DNA of 59,975 nucleotides from Girardia tigrina (Eukaryota): NCBI GenBank assembly GCA_001938485.1, contig MQRK01245331.1, positions 1 to 59,975 of the forward strand, read 5' to 3'. Shown piece by piece: positions 1 to 11,499 of this stretch (position 1 is its first letter; each line of letters starts with the position of its first letter). The notes under the pieces were generated by a model. It saw only the letters and a program-made list of their open reading frames with translations, ran no database searches and was not told where the DNA came from. The position numbers and the translations under genes were made by a program.

Positions 1-28
<28 letters not shown>
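1..28. repeat. (AT)n microsatellite
   Basis: Pure AT dinucleotide run at the window start. Confidence 0.9.
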
Positions 29-32
<4 letters not shown>

Positions 33-372
33 TTGTTTATTTTTTTATTAAATTGCAAATAATAATAATAATAATAATATAAATATAAATTTACTTCAAG
101 AAACATTAACTAAAAACATTCCTAAATTTAAAATAATAATGATCCACATAACTCTAAAATATATTTTAATCAATCCTTTGAAAACTTTTTAGTAAATTGA
201 ACCAAAAAAGTATAATAATATTTAAAAATTTACTTTAATCATAACCGAGTCATAAACGCGCCGTCATCAAAGCGTAAAATTAAATAGCATTATATTAAAA
301 GCATTTGTTTAAATAATATATACGTAAGGTCATATTCATAACTAATTTATTACGCCAAGCATTTTATTTAAT

Positions 373-1575
373 ATGGATAAGTGGTTGAATATTAACTCGC
401 TTAAAAGAAAAGCTGACCAAGACAAGGAATCAGAAACTAGTACTTCAGCAGCTAATTCCAATTCAGCGAGGAACGACTGTTCAGAAATTTTAACCCAAAC
501 TGCAAAGAAAAAACGTACTGCACCCATAAGGAAGTACAATTCGGAATATCTTGCGTATGGATTTACGTATATTGGGTTAGAAAATGCACCTTCCTCCAGT
601 GTTTGATTTGCTACGAGAAACTCTCAAATCATTCCATGAAACTTTCCTTCCTATTACGACATTTACAAACCAAGCATGGCGATGTAAAAGACAAACCATT
701 GGATTATTTTCAGCGAAAACTATCAGATTTTGCATCAAATAAACAACAAATAAATCAATTCACCGGAATTAATATGAAAGCGACCGAAGCATCATAAAGT
801 TAGTTTAAGAATTGCCAAAGCAGGCAAATCTCATACAATTGGGGAGTCTTTGATACTACCAGCAGCTACGGATATTGTACATTCAATTCTAGGATAAAAA
901 ATAGCGATACAATTGAAAGTTATCCCCTTATCAAACAATACCGTATCTCGACGCATTTCAGACATGGCTTCAAATATTAAGGAACAGTTAATCGAAAAGG
1001 TAAAGGCTAGCACATATTATTCGTTGCAATTGGATGAAAGTACTGATGTGAGCAACCTGGCTCAGCTTCTTACATTTATAATATTTGAAGACGAAGGATC
1101 TGTCAAAGAAGAATTTTTATTTTGCGAAGCCTAGCAGGACCGAATTACTTCGAACGATATATTTACAAAGCTTGATTGTTTTATAAAATACCATAATATT
1201 GATGGGACTAAATGTGTTGGCTGAATTTTGGATGACAAGGCGAACTGAATATCCACTCATTGCTGACAAAGCTATAAAATAAGTTTAGAAATAAATTGAA
1301 TATTGAGCCGGATTTACGGTTAAAATTGAGTCAAATCAATCCTGAAATTAAAAAACTGTGTACGCATGGACAAGTACATTCTTCACACTAATAAATTTTT
1401 CAATAAATTTCTAATAGCATTCTTCATATTAATAGAGATAAATATTTATCTATTGTTTTTTACGAGCTTTATTATTATTTTTTTATTAGCATCCAAAGGT
1501 TAAAACACAATGGTGGTACATCAATTGAGCTTAGTAGTCATAAGTGGTACGCGAAAAAAAGTTTGTGAACCCCTG
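373..1575 (+). mobile_element. Degenerate hAT (Buster/Charlie, ZBED5/SCAND3-like) transposon, internally deleted
   Basis: Broken frames encode MDKWL..RKYNSEYLAYGF, CYEKLSNHSMK..LRHLQTKH (BED finger) and IPLSNNTVSRRI..YSLQLDESTDVSNLAQLL..EEFLFC. The sequence then jumps to the C-terminal EPDLRLKLSQINPEIKKL..HSSH*. A 3' TIR-like end (gtttgtgaacccctg) stops at 1575; no 5' TIR was found. Confidence 0.85.
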
Positions 1576-1727
1576 ATTTATAAAAATTCGAATTTATAAA
1601 AAACCTAGATTCAATTTATTTTAAACATTAGAAGAGAAATAGGAAGTAATATAAATAAAGTTTAAGATAAGATCAATTTCGTCTGATTACAAATATCCTG
1701 AAGAAATATATTTTTCCCGAGAAGTTC

Positions 1728-2005
1728 TTAAAATTCGTCTGCACATCTTGACATGCATTGACCTTGTTTTTTGGAGCAACCTTGAGCCTTACTTGCTTGT
1801 TTCTTTCCCGGTTTCACTCCTAAGACATCAGAAATTACGTTACAAGGGTATGGCTAAACAAAGTACCTGGTGTCAATCCATGGCTGTTCATACAACTGAC
1901 ATATTTAGCATTGCATGCCGATTGGCAGTTACCATAAGCACCGCCGAAAACTTCGTTTTGGATAACAAATCCAAAAAATATCACAAATATAAAAAATAAT
2001 TTCAT
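1728..2005 (-). CDS. Small secreted cysteine-rich peptide (76 aa, 2 exons: 2005-1867 and 1819-1728)
   Basis: Hand-spliced across a 47-bp GT..AG intron (1866-1820): MKLFFIFVIFFGFVIQNEVFG-GAYGNCQSACNAKYVSCMNSHGLTPGVKPGKKQASKAQGCSKKQGQCMSRCADEF*. It has a hydrophobic signal-like N-terminus, a C-x3-C-x6-C ... C-x6-C-x3-C pattern, and an intact ATG and stop. Confidence 0.85.
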
Positions 2006-2519
2006 ATTTATTAGAAAATCGTTTTAAGTTCCTCAACCTACAAATTGCATTATATATGTTTAAGTTAGCAACATATGTTGTATATATTATTGCTTCTTTC
2101 TATATATAGGTATGGAAAACCATTTACATTAGTTTCTAGTAAATATAATATAATACTAGCAGATATAACTCCAGGAAAATTAATTTTAACGTGCCATTTA
2201 CCAAATATATTTTATTGACATAATCCGAAACAATTTTTTGTCAATATCGATTTTGAATTTACTTTAAAAAATATTTAAGTTATTTTGGTGATTTTTTGAC
2301 GTTTAAAAATGATTCGATGAAGTTATACATGTATTTTACACACCTGAACAAAATGATGCAAAGAAAAGCGTTCCCGACTCCACTAGATTGTGACCTTCTA
2401 CAATAAATAAAAACACGCTTTTATTATTTTAAAACTTTATTTCAATACACTAACTAATTATTAAAACAAATTAGTTTTATTTTATTATTTTTAATGGCAA
2501 ATTAATTATTTGTCATATT

Positions 2520-3205
2520 CGTCACCACACGAATTGGTTCAAAATCCATTTCTGCTTGCATAATCCGTGTTCGAATAGACTTTACCCGAGTTATGAGAAA
2601 TTGAAAGCATTTCACTCTTACTGATGGATAATTCCGTTCGAATAATCGAGTGAACTAAAATTCGAAGAATCATAACTCTGTTCTGCTTTGATTAAGTATA
2701 GTTTTTTATCTTCAAATTGGCCAAGCTGCATGACAACAATTTCATACAGTTTAAACAAATATAGCACCTCGATATCCTTCTTATCGATTGCTTCTATGTA
2801 TGGGCTATTCTCAGCAATGTAACGGTTCGGAGCCGAGAAAAAGTAAATTTTCCGACTACCAGCTTTCTTTCTTTCGGAATACTGCACGAAATTGGTATGT
2901 TGTCCGGGAGGAAATTTATTTCACTCAAAACAGAGTAATTTTGCTTTGTTCTCTTTATCCGTTTGTTCGACCGTATTAATTATTCTCTTTTTCGAATATA
3001 ATCCAAAATCTCGGTAAAACTCCAAATATCGATCACCATCGCGTTGCGACTGCTCGGAAAGATATTTAATAACTTTCGCAGTGAGCAAGCTATTGATCTT
3101 CGTCACGAGTGCGTTATCCTGCAGCAGCTGTCGGTTCAATTATCATGGAATATCAGTACTCTTTAATATACCACGAAGAAACCTCAAACAACTGGGCAAC
3201 AAATT
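2520..3205 (-). pseudogene. TRAP1: TRAP1 (mitochondrial Hsp90/HSP75) middle-domain pseudogene fragment
   Basis: Segments LLP.CLRFLRG..DIP*LNRQLLQDNALVTKI..YLEFYRDFGLY..AKLLCFE and YSERKKAGSRKIYFFSAPNRYIAENSPYIEA..KDIEVLY match the TRAP1 middle domain. Stops and frameshifts are present and no introns are evident. Confidence 0.8.
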
Positions 3206-3473
3206 TGATAAAATTTACTCTCTAAAATTCTTATTATTTAAACAAATTTAAATTACAATTTATTTATAATTTGATTTCAAAATAATTTATTATATAAATT
3301 ACAAAAATGATTTTAATTATTTTAAAATCATTTTAGATATATTAATTTAAATTTAAAGTTAGTTATTTAAATTTTAAAATTAAATGAATAATTCGACGTT
3401 TTTAAAATATTTAAGATATCAATCTTCCATCTGGGTGGGTGAAACACAATCCTAAATAACACTCAATAAACAC

Positions 3474-3634
3474 TGTAATGATTTAATTTATATACGATTT
3501 AATACCAAAAAAAATTAAATCGATTTACATATTGACAAAAATGAAATGTTAAATTGTTAATTGTTAAATATATTTTGGAAATATTATTCTGTTTTTTTTA
3601 TTTCAAAAAGTGAAGACATATTCGGTTCTTCACA
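3474..3634 (+). repeat. 5' LTR (161 bp)
   Basis: tgtaatg...cttcaca; matches the 3' copy apart from one poly-A length difference seen by eye. Confidence 0.9.
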
Positions 3635-4101
3635 NNNNNNNNNNNNNNNNNNNNNNNNNNNNNNNNNNNNNNTCCATTAAAAAAGAAAAGTTCTTCAAAA
3701 AGAAATTACAATCAGTTAACCCAGGAAGTATTATCCGCATATCAAGATCAACAAGATAATTTATCGCAGTTGAACATAAAATACAATTTTCTATTAAACG
3801 CTATGGAAAGACTGCTTTTTGATGTACAAAAAAATGTTGAATACTCTTTATTGGCATTGGGAATTTCTAAAACTATAAAGAAAGTGAAGCATAACAAGAT
3901 CAATCAAATAAATCAGCTCAATTCTTTTTCTCACGTATCAATACCGAAAATTNNNNNNNNNNNNNNNNNNNNNNNNNNNNNNNNNNNNNNNNNNNNNNNN
4001 NNNNNNNNNNNNNNNNNNNNNNNNNNNNNNNNNNNNNNNNNNNNNNNNNNNNNNNNNNNNNNNNNNNNNNNNNNNNNNNNNNNNNNNNNNNNNNNNNNNN
4101 N

Positions 4102-4469
4102 ATTTGTGACTTTTGAAAATGAAGAAATTGCTGAAAATCTCACCAAGAATGAATCTGAAACATTGATCTTTAAAGAGAGAAAATTAAACATTAAACAAGC
4201 TGTAAGAAAGAAACATTTATACCCTCGACAAGAAATTTCTGGAACAGTTTCATATAATGGACCAGTTCCATATGCTTTGCAAAATGGATCATTTTTATGT
4301 CAGGTTCCTGTGCAACATTATTCAGCTTTAACAGTGTCGCCTCCACAATATGCAACTATGATGTTACCTCAATCGACCACAACGATGTATTTATCGCAAC
4401 CTCAGTACGTTCATCAAATTCCCGCTGCCGTAATTCCTAACCCTAATTATGCACAACAAGTGGCATCTC
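4102..4469 (+). pseudogene. boule: boule/DAZ-family RRM C-terminal half plus P/Q/Y-rich tail, inside the LTR element
   Basis: FVTFENEEIAENL..LIFKERKLNIKQAVRKK resembles the DAZ/BOULE RNP1 to KLNIxxAxRK signature, followed by YALQNGSF and a PQY-rich region. The frame is open and there is no intron in 368 bp. N gaps flank both sides. Confidence 0.7.
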
Positions 4470-5222
4470 NNNNNNNNNNNNNNNNNNNNNNNNNNNNNNN
4501 NNNNNNNNNNNNNNNNNNNNNNNNNNNNNNNNNNNNNNNNNNNNNNNNNNNNNNNNNNNNNNNNNNNNNNNNNNNNNNNNNNNNNNNNNNNNNNNNNNNN
4601 NNNNNNNNNNNNNNNNNNNNNNNNNNNNNNNNNNNNNNNNNNNNNNNNNNNNNNNNNNNNNNNNNNNNNNNNNNNNNNNNNNNNNNNNNNNNNNNNNNNN
4701 NNNNNNNNNNNNNNNNNNNNNNNNNNNNNNNNNNNNNNNNNNNNNNNNNNNNNNNNNNNNNNNNNNNNNNNNNNNNNNNNNNNNNNNNNNNNNNNNNNNN
4801 NNNNNNNNNNNNNNNNNNNNNNNNNTATCATCCATTTATAAAAAAACAAAATCACGTTAACAACATCACTTCCGTAGTTCAAATTAAGAACATCAACAAA
4901 TTGTTAACTGAGGAAATCAATGAAACATTTACAAATACTTTCTCCGACTTCAGAGCTTTAGTCAGAGATAACATAACTGGCAGATTCGACGGACCATACA
5001 AAATTGTGAAAAATCAAAAAAATTCTTTCCTTTTGATCATAAATGGCATCGAAACAATTGTAAATCAGAAACGAATCAGATTTTGTGCAAAAAAANNNNN
5101 NNNNNGAAATTGATTTCACACATTTAAATAACGAATTCCGTAACAAAATCAAATCAAGATTCGAACATAACTTTCAAATTGTTTGAAACAACGTAACGCT
5201 CCACTTACAAAAGGGGGGCTTA

Positions 5223-5384
5223 TGTAATGATTTAATTTATATACGATTTAATACCAAAAAAAAATTAAATCGATTTACATATTGACAAAAATGAAATGTT
5301 AAATTGTTAATTGTTAAATATATTTTGGAAATATTATTCTGTTTTTTTTATTTCAAAAAGTGAAGACATATTCGGTTCTTCACA
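5223..5384 (+). repeat. 3' LTR (162 bp)
   Basis: Preceded by a PPT and followed by the TSD AACAC. Confidence 0.9.
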
Positions 5385-5988
5385 AACACCATTCAAAATA
5401 TTCCACACAATTTTATAAACCAAATTAGCTTCCAATCCACAAATAGCTTTTGATTTATTTGAGAGGAAGGTTTGACCTTTGTAATTCATTGAAATCACTT
5501 TGACATTAATTGTTATGAGTGTCCAAATGCACGTTGAAAGCAAGCCAACTCCATTACCTCATGTTGACTCGGAAATGGAGCTGCTAGAGAACTGAAAAGC
5601 TTGGGACAAAAATCAAAAATATAATTAACAACAATGAAGAAGGAAAACTGAAAAGCAATTAGGGAATTAAATGTTCTTTATAACTCTGAGATAAATGAAA
5701 ACACATTTTGATCTTTCTCTACCCCATACCGAACAATCAACTTACCGATCACTTCAGTAACCTCTTCAAGATTTTCAATCACCTGGAAATCAAAAGCATC
5801 TCACTGGTGATTAACTTAACAATGGGTCGCTAGAAAAGAAACTAAAAAAATAATTAAGGAGTCAAAACTAATGTAAAAGACAAAATTTTGTCTGAAATTT
5901 TCACAAATAAACTTTCTACAGATTTAAAAGTGGAAATTTTATTATCATCTAACAAGATTTCATATATATTATTCGTCCCTATTTTGAT

Positions 5989-7359
5989 TCAACTCGTTAG
6001 TTGACAAGTCAAACACCAGTTCATGTTGCTATCCAGTGAACGAACGCATTTTCTTAGACAATCGTAGTTAGGCGCTGCAATAACCACAATATTTTTTAAA
6101 TAACCACTCTTAATAACCTTAGAGTAAACGTCGATGTCACAATTGAATTTATCACAAACGGCTTTGATTCTCCGATCTGAAGGATCTTGAAGAATTGATT
6201 CGATGTTTGCATTTTCCGAAAGAAAAAACTTATGTTTCACGGACTTTTCGGAACAGTATTTCGCTCGAACGATATTTCTACTGTTGACTGATTCCGTAAA
6301 ATAGGAAGCGTGACGGAACTTTTGGAAACCTTCATTATGAAAATTACTATTATTATGGTCCATGTTTAAGGAAAACGGTTTTGATTTTCTAACATTCATT
6401 TGGTTTTTTATATTCGAATAAATAATTTTGTCATTGTTTGGTTCATTACTTTCCAAATACGAAGTGTCATTAGTTTTGATATCGTCGTTATTATTACTAT
6501 TACTAACGCTATTCTGATGGAGCTCTCCGTCGTTGTCGGATTTGTTTTCCGTGAGTTCATTATCGTACATGAGATCGGTCTTTTCAATTAGATCTGGAAT
6601 GTCACTAATCGCTGTCGGGAAGGAGTCGGAAATGTTGTTGTTTTCTATAGACTGAATCAAAAAGTTATCCACCTCGACTTCGTTATTATTGTTATTGTTA
6701 AATGGGACCCCTTTAGATTCAATACACGGAAAGTTGTGTTGGTTTTTCTGTTTATTTGTCTTATCATTGTCCGATTGATAATCATTTTTCGATGTATTTT
6801 TCATGATACTCTTTAACACATTCGACTTTTCGTTTTCCATGTAAACCGAATTGTTATCATCTATTGTAAAACTTCTATTCAAACGCGGTTCATCATGCGA
6901 CTTTCGGAATTTTTCACTATCTCTCAATAAAGGACATGATGGAATATTGTCCCAAATAGCGGCGGACATGGGACAATCGGGTAACGTTGACGGTTTAATC
7001 AAATCGGTATTTGTCACAGTGTTTTTCGGATATTGGTAATGTCTATAGGGGGAAAGCGACTGACTGAATGGAATGTTTGGATAATCTGAGTTCATTTTTA
7101 GTGGGTTATTTGTCGTCCCTAAACCATTACCGCACTGGATTCCTCGAGATATCGAGAAATGGTCATGAGGCATGTTGTGAGATTGCTTATAGAAACAACA
7201 AGATGTCGTATTTAATATAATTATCCCATTCTCAACGTCGTTTTCCACAAACGCCAACTTTTTTTTCCGTTGCATGAGAACCGGTGGAATTTCGAATTCC
7301 ACAGTGTCTGTTAAATCTTCGTTGAAAGTAGCGGAATTAAAATTATCCATTTGCCCCAT
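5989..7359 (-). CDS. Single-exon protein (456 aa from first ATG): N/S/D-rich low-complexity body with a C-terminal KH-like domain
   Basis: A 1.4-kb uninterrupted ORF in very AT-rich DNA; the first in-frame ATG is at 7359 (the track starts at GTG 7386). The C-terminus VKHKFFLSENANIESILQDPSDRRIKAVCDKFNCDIDV..VVIAAPNYDCLRKCVRSL has a type-I KH-like pattern but no GxxG loop. Confidence 0.75.
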   Translation of the reverse strand: MGQMDNFNSATFNEDLTDTVEFEIPPVLMQRKKKLAFVENDVENGIIILNTTSCCFYKQSHNMPHDHFSISRGIQCGNGLGTTNNPLKMNSDYPNIPFSQSLSPYRHYQYPKNTVTNTDLIKPSTLPDCPMSAAIWDNIPSCPLLRDSEKFRKSHDEPRLNRSFTIDDNNSVYMENEKSNVLKSIMKNTSKNDYQSDNDKTNKQKNQHNFPCIESKGVPFNNNNNNEVEVDNFLIQSIENNNISDSFPTAISDIPDLIEKTDLMYDNELTENKSDNDGELHQNSVSNSNNNDDIKTNDTSYLESNEPNNDKIIYSNIKNQMNVRKSKPFSLNMDHNNSNFHNEGFQKFRHASYFTESVNSRNIVRAKYCSEKSVKHKFFLSENANIESILQDPSDRRIKAVCDKFNCDIDVYSKVIKSGYLKNIVVIAAPNYDCLRKCVRSLDSNMNWCLTCQLTS

Positions 7360-9559
7360 TTTATTGCTAACTGTATCAGTTATCACAGATCATAGTTTTG
7401 AATAATATTGAATTATTGTATAATTAGATTTTTTGAATTTATTGATTAATTTATGATTATTATTTGTTTTTTTTATAATTGAAGGTTATTTTCTGATTTA
7501 TTTGACAATTTTTTGATTATTTAATGAATAAATATAATTTCTTTTAAACAGTAAATTATTTTTTTAATATATTTATTTACTGTTTCTCGTATTAAAATGC
7601 AATCAATTCGCAGTTAAGAACAAATATCTATGATAAAGTATTTGTCAATTAAAAAAAACAATTTAGGCATTGGATTGAAAATTCTATATTAAAAAACAAA
7701 ATCTAAAATTAAATAACCAATTTAAATGTAGAAAATAAAATGAATGCATTCTTGACAGAGCAGTTAAAGAAGTGTAGCAAATGCGGGACATAGATTTCAC
7801 GGTATCACGACAAAACGCCGCAAATGAAAACGTCGAATTTAATAATTAAATTATATTATAAAAATTATTTAATTTAGTAAAATTTTATTTAAGTAATATT
7901 AATATTATGAAATTGAATATTATTAATTGAAAATTTATCAAAAAGGGCTTAAATTAACCTATAAATAAGCTGAAAATGTCTGGAAGTCGAAAAAATTTTA
8001 ATGCATATTTGTGGTGATAAACTAAATTATAGAAAATTTAAATGGAGCCCAATCCGTTTTGTTAATATTTTGTTTTTAAGAAAATATTTTAAAAAAATAA
8101 AAATCACATAAAAATATTATTTTATTCTAAGTTTTGAAATTATTTTTGTAATAATATTGGAAAACATCATCTTTATTTTAAACTTTTTAAATGTTAAATA
8201 AATTAATACTAAAATTTTAAGGAATAGAAAAAATTGAATAAACATTAAAAATATTTTTTTGTTTAATGTGTTAAAAAATTTTAATGTTTTAAAAAACATT
8301 AAAGTTAAAAATGTATTTTTATTTTTTTGTGCCGTATTTCTCAGAAAAAACGGCTCGTCGTTTAGTAAAATGTAATGTTTTTGTGTTAGTTTTTTTATCG
8401 TTTTTAATTTAGATTGAGATTAAACGCCTTTCTAAAAAATTGGGATTTACCGACAAATAAAGACGCAGATATAGATATGGATGTGAGAAGTTCAAGTCGG
8501 ACACTCCCGACACCAACGTGTGGTGCGGGGCGGCGACCGCGGTAACCTGAGGCGATGACACCGTTATTGTACGTGAGGCGACGTTGACGGAAGCGCGGCG
8601 CGAACGTGGAACTCCCGTCTGTTCTCACGTTGGCACGAGATAACGGAACAGCTCTCTATCGCCGCCGGTGAACGAATAACTCTCCTCACGTTCGACGACA
8701 TACTCCTGATTAGACAAGGAAAAAACATGATAAACCGAAATGTCGAACCAACCGAATAATATGTTATGCTTAAATTTATTTCTTATTGTACAATTTTAAA
8801 TAAGTTTATTAATTATATTTACAATTTTTAAATAAATAAATAAAAATATGTGTCGTGTTCCCCCTTTTTTCAACATTTTGTAAGCTCAGAGCCCCCATCC
8901 GCTTTTTAGTTAAACGGCAACTATATCACACAATTTACGCTTCAGTATCTTAACACTACCCTCATGGGGAACTGACGTGTCTCCTCCACGCACATCAACA
9001 AGTTGTGGGTGCTTCGGAGCGCCTTCGGGTTCTCTACCAGTAACGAGTATGGCCCGACTGGCAGCTCAGCATCTGGAGGGGTTGATGAATCTATTCATTA
9101 CTTTTATACATTTACATATTCATATTTATTAATTCCGCTGAACGAAGAGAGCCCTGAGGAAATAGGCGACGATCAAACTGCGTGCCCCTATGCATGCTAC
9201 AGCTCGACCCGCACCACCTCCAAAAGGTTCTTCGTCGTTTCTGACACCTTTTTCATTATTATAATTTTACTATTAAATCTATTTGAAAATTATTTTGATC
9301 GACGATTCCCTCATTCAACATATTTGATAATATCGTGCATTATAATACGTTAGAATATTAAGTTTNNNNNNNNNNNNNNNNNNNNNNNNNNNNNNNNNNN
9401 NNNNNNNNNNNNNNNCGACGATTCCCTCATTCAACATATTTGATAATATCGTGCATTATAATACGTTAGAATATTAAGTTTATTCAGAGGAAAACTTAGA
9501 CAAATTATGCAACTTGTTCAAGTTAACTGATTCACAAAATCAAAATAGTTTTAATATTG

Positions 9560-10610
9560 AAATCGAACTTAATTTCAGATATTGAAGATTTGCAGGGGAA
9601 ACAATTCATGAAGTCGCAATTATTTACTTTGCATAACCTTAACCCTCGCTCGACTTGTTAATATTTGACACGGCTTATATTTTTCGTTTCTTTTCATTTA
9701 ACATAAAGTTCATAACCTTGTTCGTTCTTACGCCTTACAGACAGAATATATGTTATTGAAGTTCGATTTCTTCCTATTTAAATTGATGCATATTCAAGAA
9801 AGATAACTAGGGATCAAATACTCGACTCATTATTAAACGTCTCGATACCAAAAAATCTTCATTAGAATATACTATTACTGTTCGGATATTTAGAGAAATC
9901 ACTCTTCATTACTGTTAATATCGATTTTATTTACAGTTCATTTAGTACTTTATACATGCTTCTGAATCATTATAGAATATTTTAAATTAGTACACTAGAT
10001 TGCATTAAGACTCATCGGTATATTTCACACTAGTATTTACATATCGATAATTATCATCATCACTTATTTGTCGTGCATTATACTATCGATTTTCAGAAAA
10101 CTACGAAATAACTCTATCGAATGTAATTACTAACCTACATCGCTATTCCTCAGTTATTATCAAATTATATATACTCTATTTACACGTTCTTTTATCCTCG
10201 TCCAACATCATTCCCGATAGACAAGCACAAGCGAAAGTATTAATGCATTTATGACTGCACTTTTCTTTTTCCTCTCGAGCATCACATATATCGATTGAAC
10301 AATTCGGTTTATTCAAGCATCTCACACCTTTATTGTAAACACTTTCGACTGGAATACACGATGTTTTTCCACCAATTATACAATCGTACTGTGTCCTTCT
10401 ATCACACAGTTTACTACGATAAACTTCATCGCTATCATACAAACAATGAGGCATCCCATCGCAAGGGTAATATCCCTCAAAACATTGGTTTGAATATGGA
10501 CAAGCAAACTTCGTTAAATCACAAGTAAATTTCGGACAATTACGTTCGTTCGAACCGTTATTACAATCCTAGTTACCGTCATATACTCAATCTATCGATA
10601 TACATTTCTG
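9560..10610 (-). pseudogene. LDL-receptor family (LRP/LDLR/VgR-like) pseudogene fragment
   Basis: LDLa repeats with in-frame stops (KCISID*VYDGN*DCNNGSNERNCP; CDLTKFACP..CDGMPHCLYDSDE) are followed by an EGF-like CSHKCINTFACACLSGMMLDEDKRTCK. The sequence further downstream is heavily decayed, so that boundary is approximate. Confidence 0.75.
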
Positions 10611-10954
10611 AAAATTATTTTTCTCCACAATAATGATCGTTGGATAAACATTGAAATTCATATTGTTTGGAAACGGTAAAAAAACGTTAATAAAATCAGA
10701 TAAGAAAACATAAACATCAAGTTGAAATTAGAAAATTTAAAATACGATTTGAACAACTCTTAGCGTTCGAATTTCAAATTTTGTTAATTCTTTACGANNN
10801 NNNNNNNNNNNNNNNNNNNNNNNNNNNNNNNNNNNNNNNNNNNNNNNNNNNNNNNNNNNNNNNNNNNNNNNNNNNNNNNNNNNNNNNNNNNNNNNNNNNN
10901 NNNNNNNNNNNNNNNNNNNNNNNNNNNNNNNNNNNNNNNNNNNNNNNNNNNNNN

Positions 10955-10991
<37 letters not shown>

Positions 10992-11499
10992 TTGATTATA
11001 TTTATATTTAATTATATTCGTCTTTCTCTCTATAATCATCATTTAATATTTACTATTATTTAATATTCCTCAATATTAATTGATTTAATATCGTTAATTA
11101 TATGATTACTCAACTTTATTCATTAGTTAAATTTCATTTATATTCATTTATATTATTTAATATATCATTTAATACTCTTTAAATCATTTTATATCATCTA
11201 GTACTCTTTAAGTATCTTTTGGTCGAATTTTAAATCAAATTTTTGATGAAATCCATTGTTGTTATACACACTGATTAATAAATTGAATTGTTTATTGTTG
11301 CTTGAACCATATTTACTGAAGAAAATTAATAACATAATTAATTCGTATTACAAAATATAAATATTATTTTTCACCCTCTTATGAAAATTTTATTAAGTTT
11401 AATTTAAAAAAAATGAAAGAACTTTTCATTTAAAATTAACAATAGTACTGAAAGAAAATACCCGATAATGACGAAGTACCTAATAAAAAATATTTATCT

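Larger units (their letters stand above)
3474..5384 (+). mobile_element. Small non-autonomous LTR retroelement (Gypsy-derived, TRIM/LARD-like) with captured host sequence
   Basis: Two TG..CA LTRs (3474-3634, 5223-5384), a 5-bp TSD AACAC on both sides (3469-3473, 5385-5389) and a PPT aaaagggggg at 5209-5218. An integrase C-terminal GPY/F-like module (RFDGPYKIVK..VNQKRIRF) lies at about 4960-5090. The interior is partly N gaps. Confidence 0.88.

Noticed and set aside
3770-5113. 447-aa ORF in the track (and other X-filled ORFs at 3931-5152, 10737-11042, 19290-19592)
   Set aside because: Their length is created by N runs; only the sequenced sub-blocks can be interpreted.
8117-8299. F/I/K/L-rich short ORFs here and at 35680, 45071, 48220, 54141, 59178
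   Set aside because: Compositional artefacts of AT-rich non-coding DNA.
9300-9481. ~65-bp direct repeat on both sides of an N gap
   Set aside because: Typical unmerged contig-overlap artefact rather than a real duplication.
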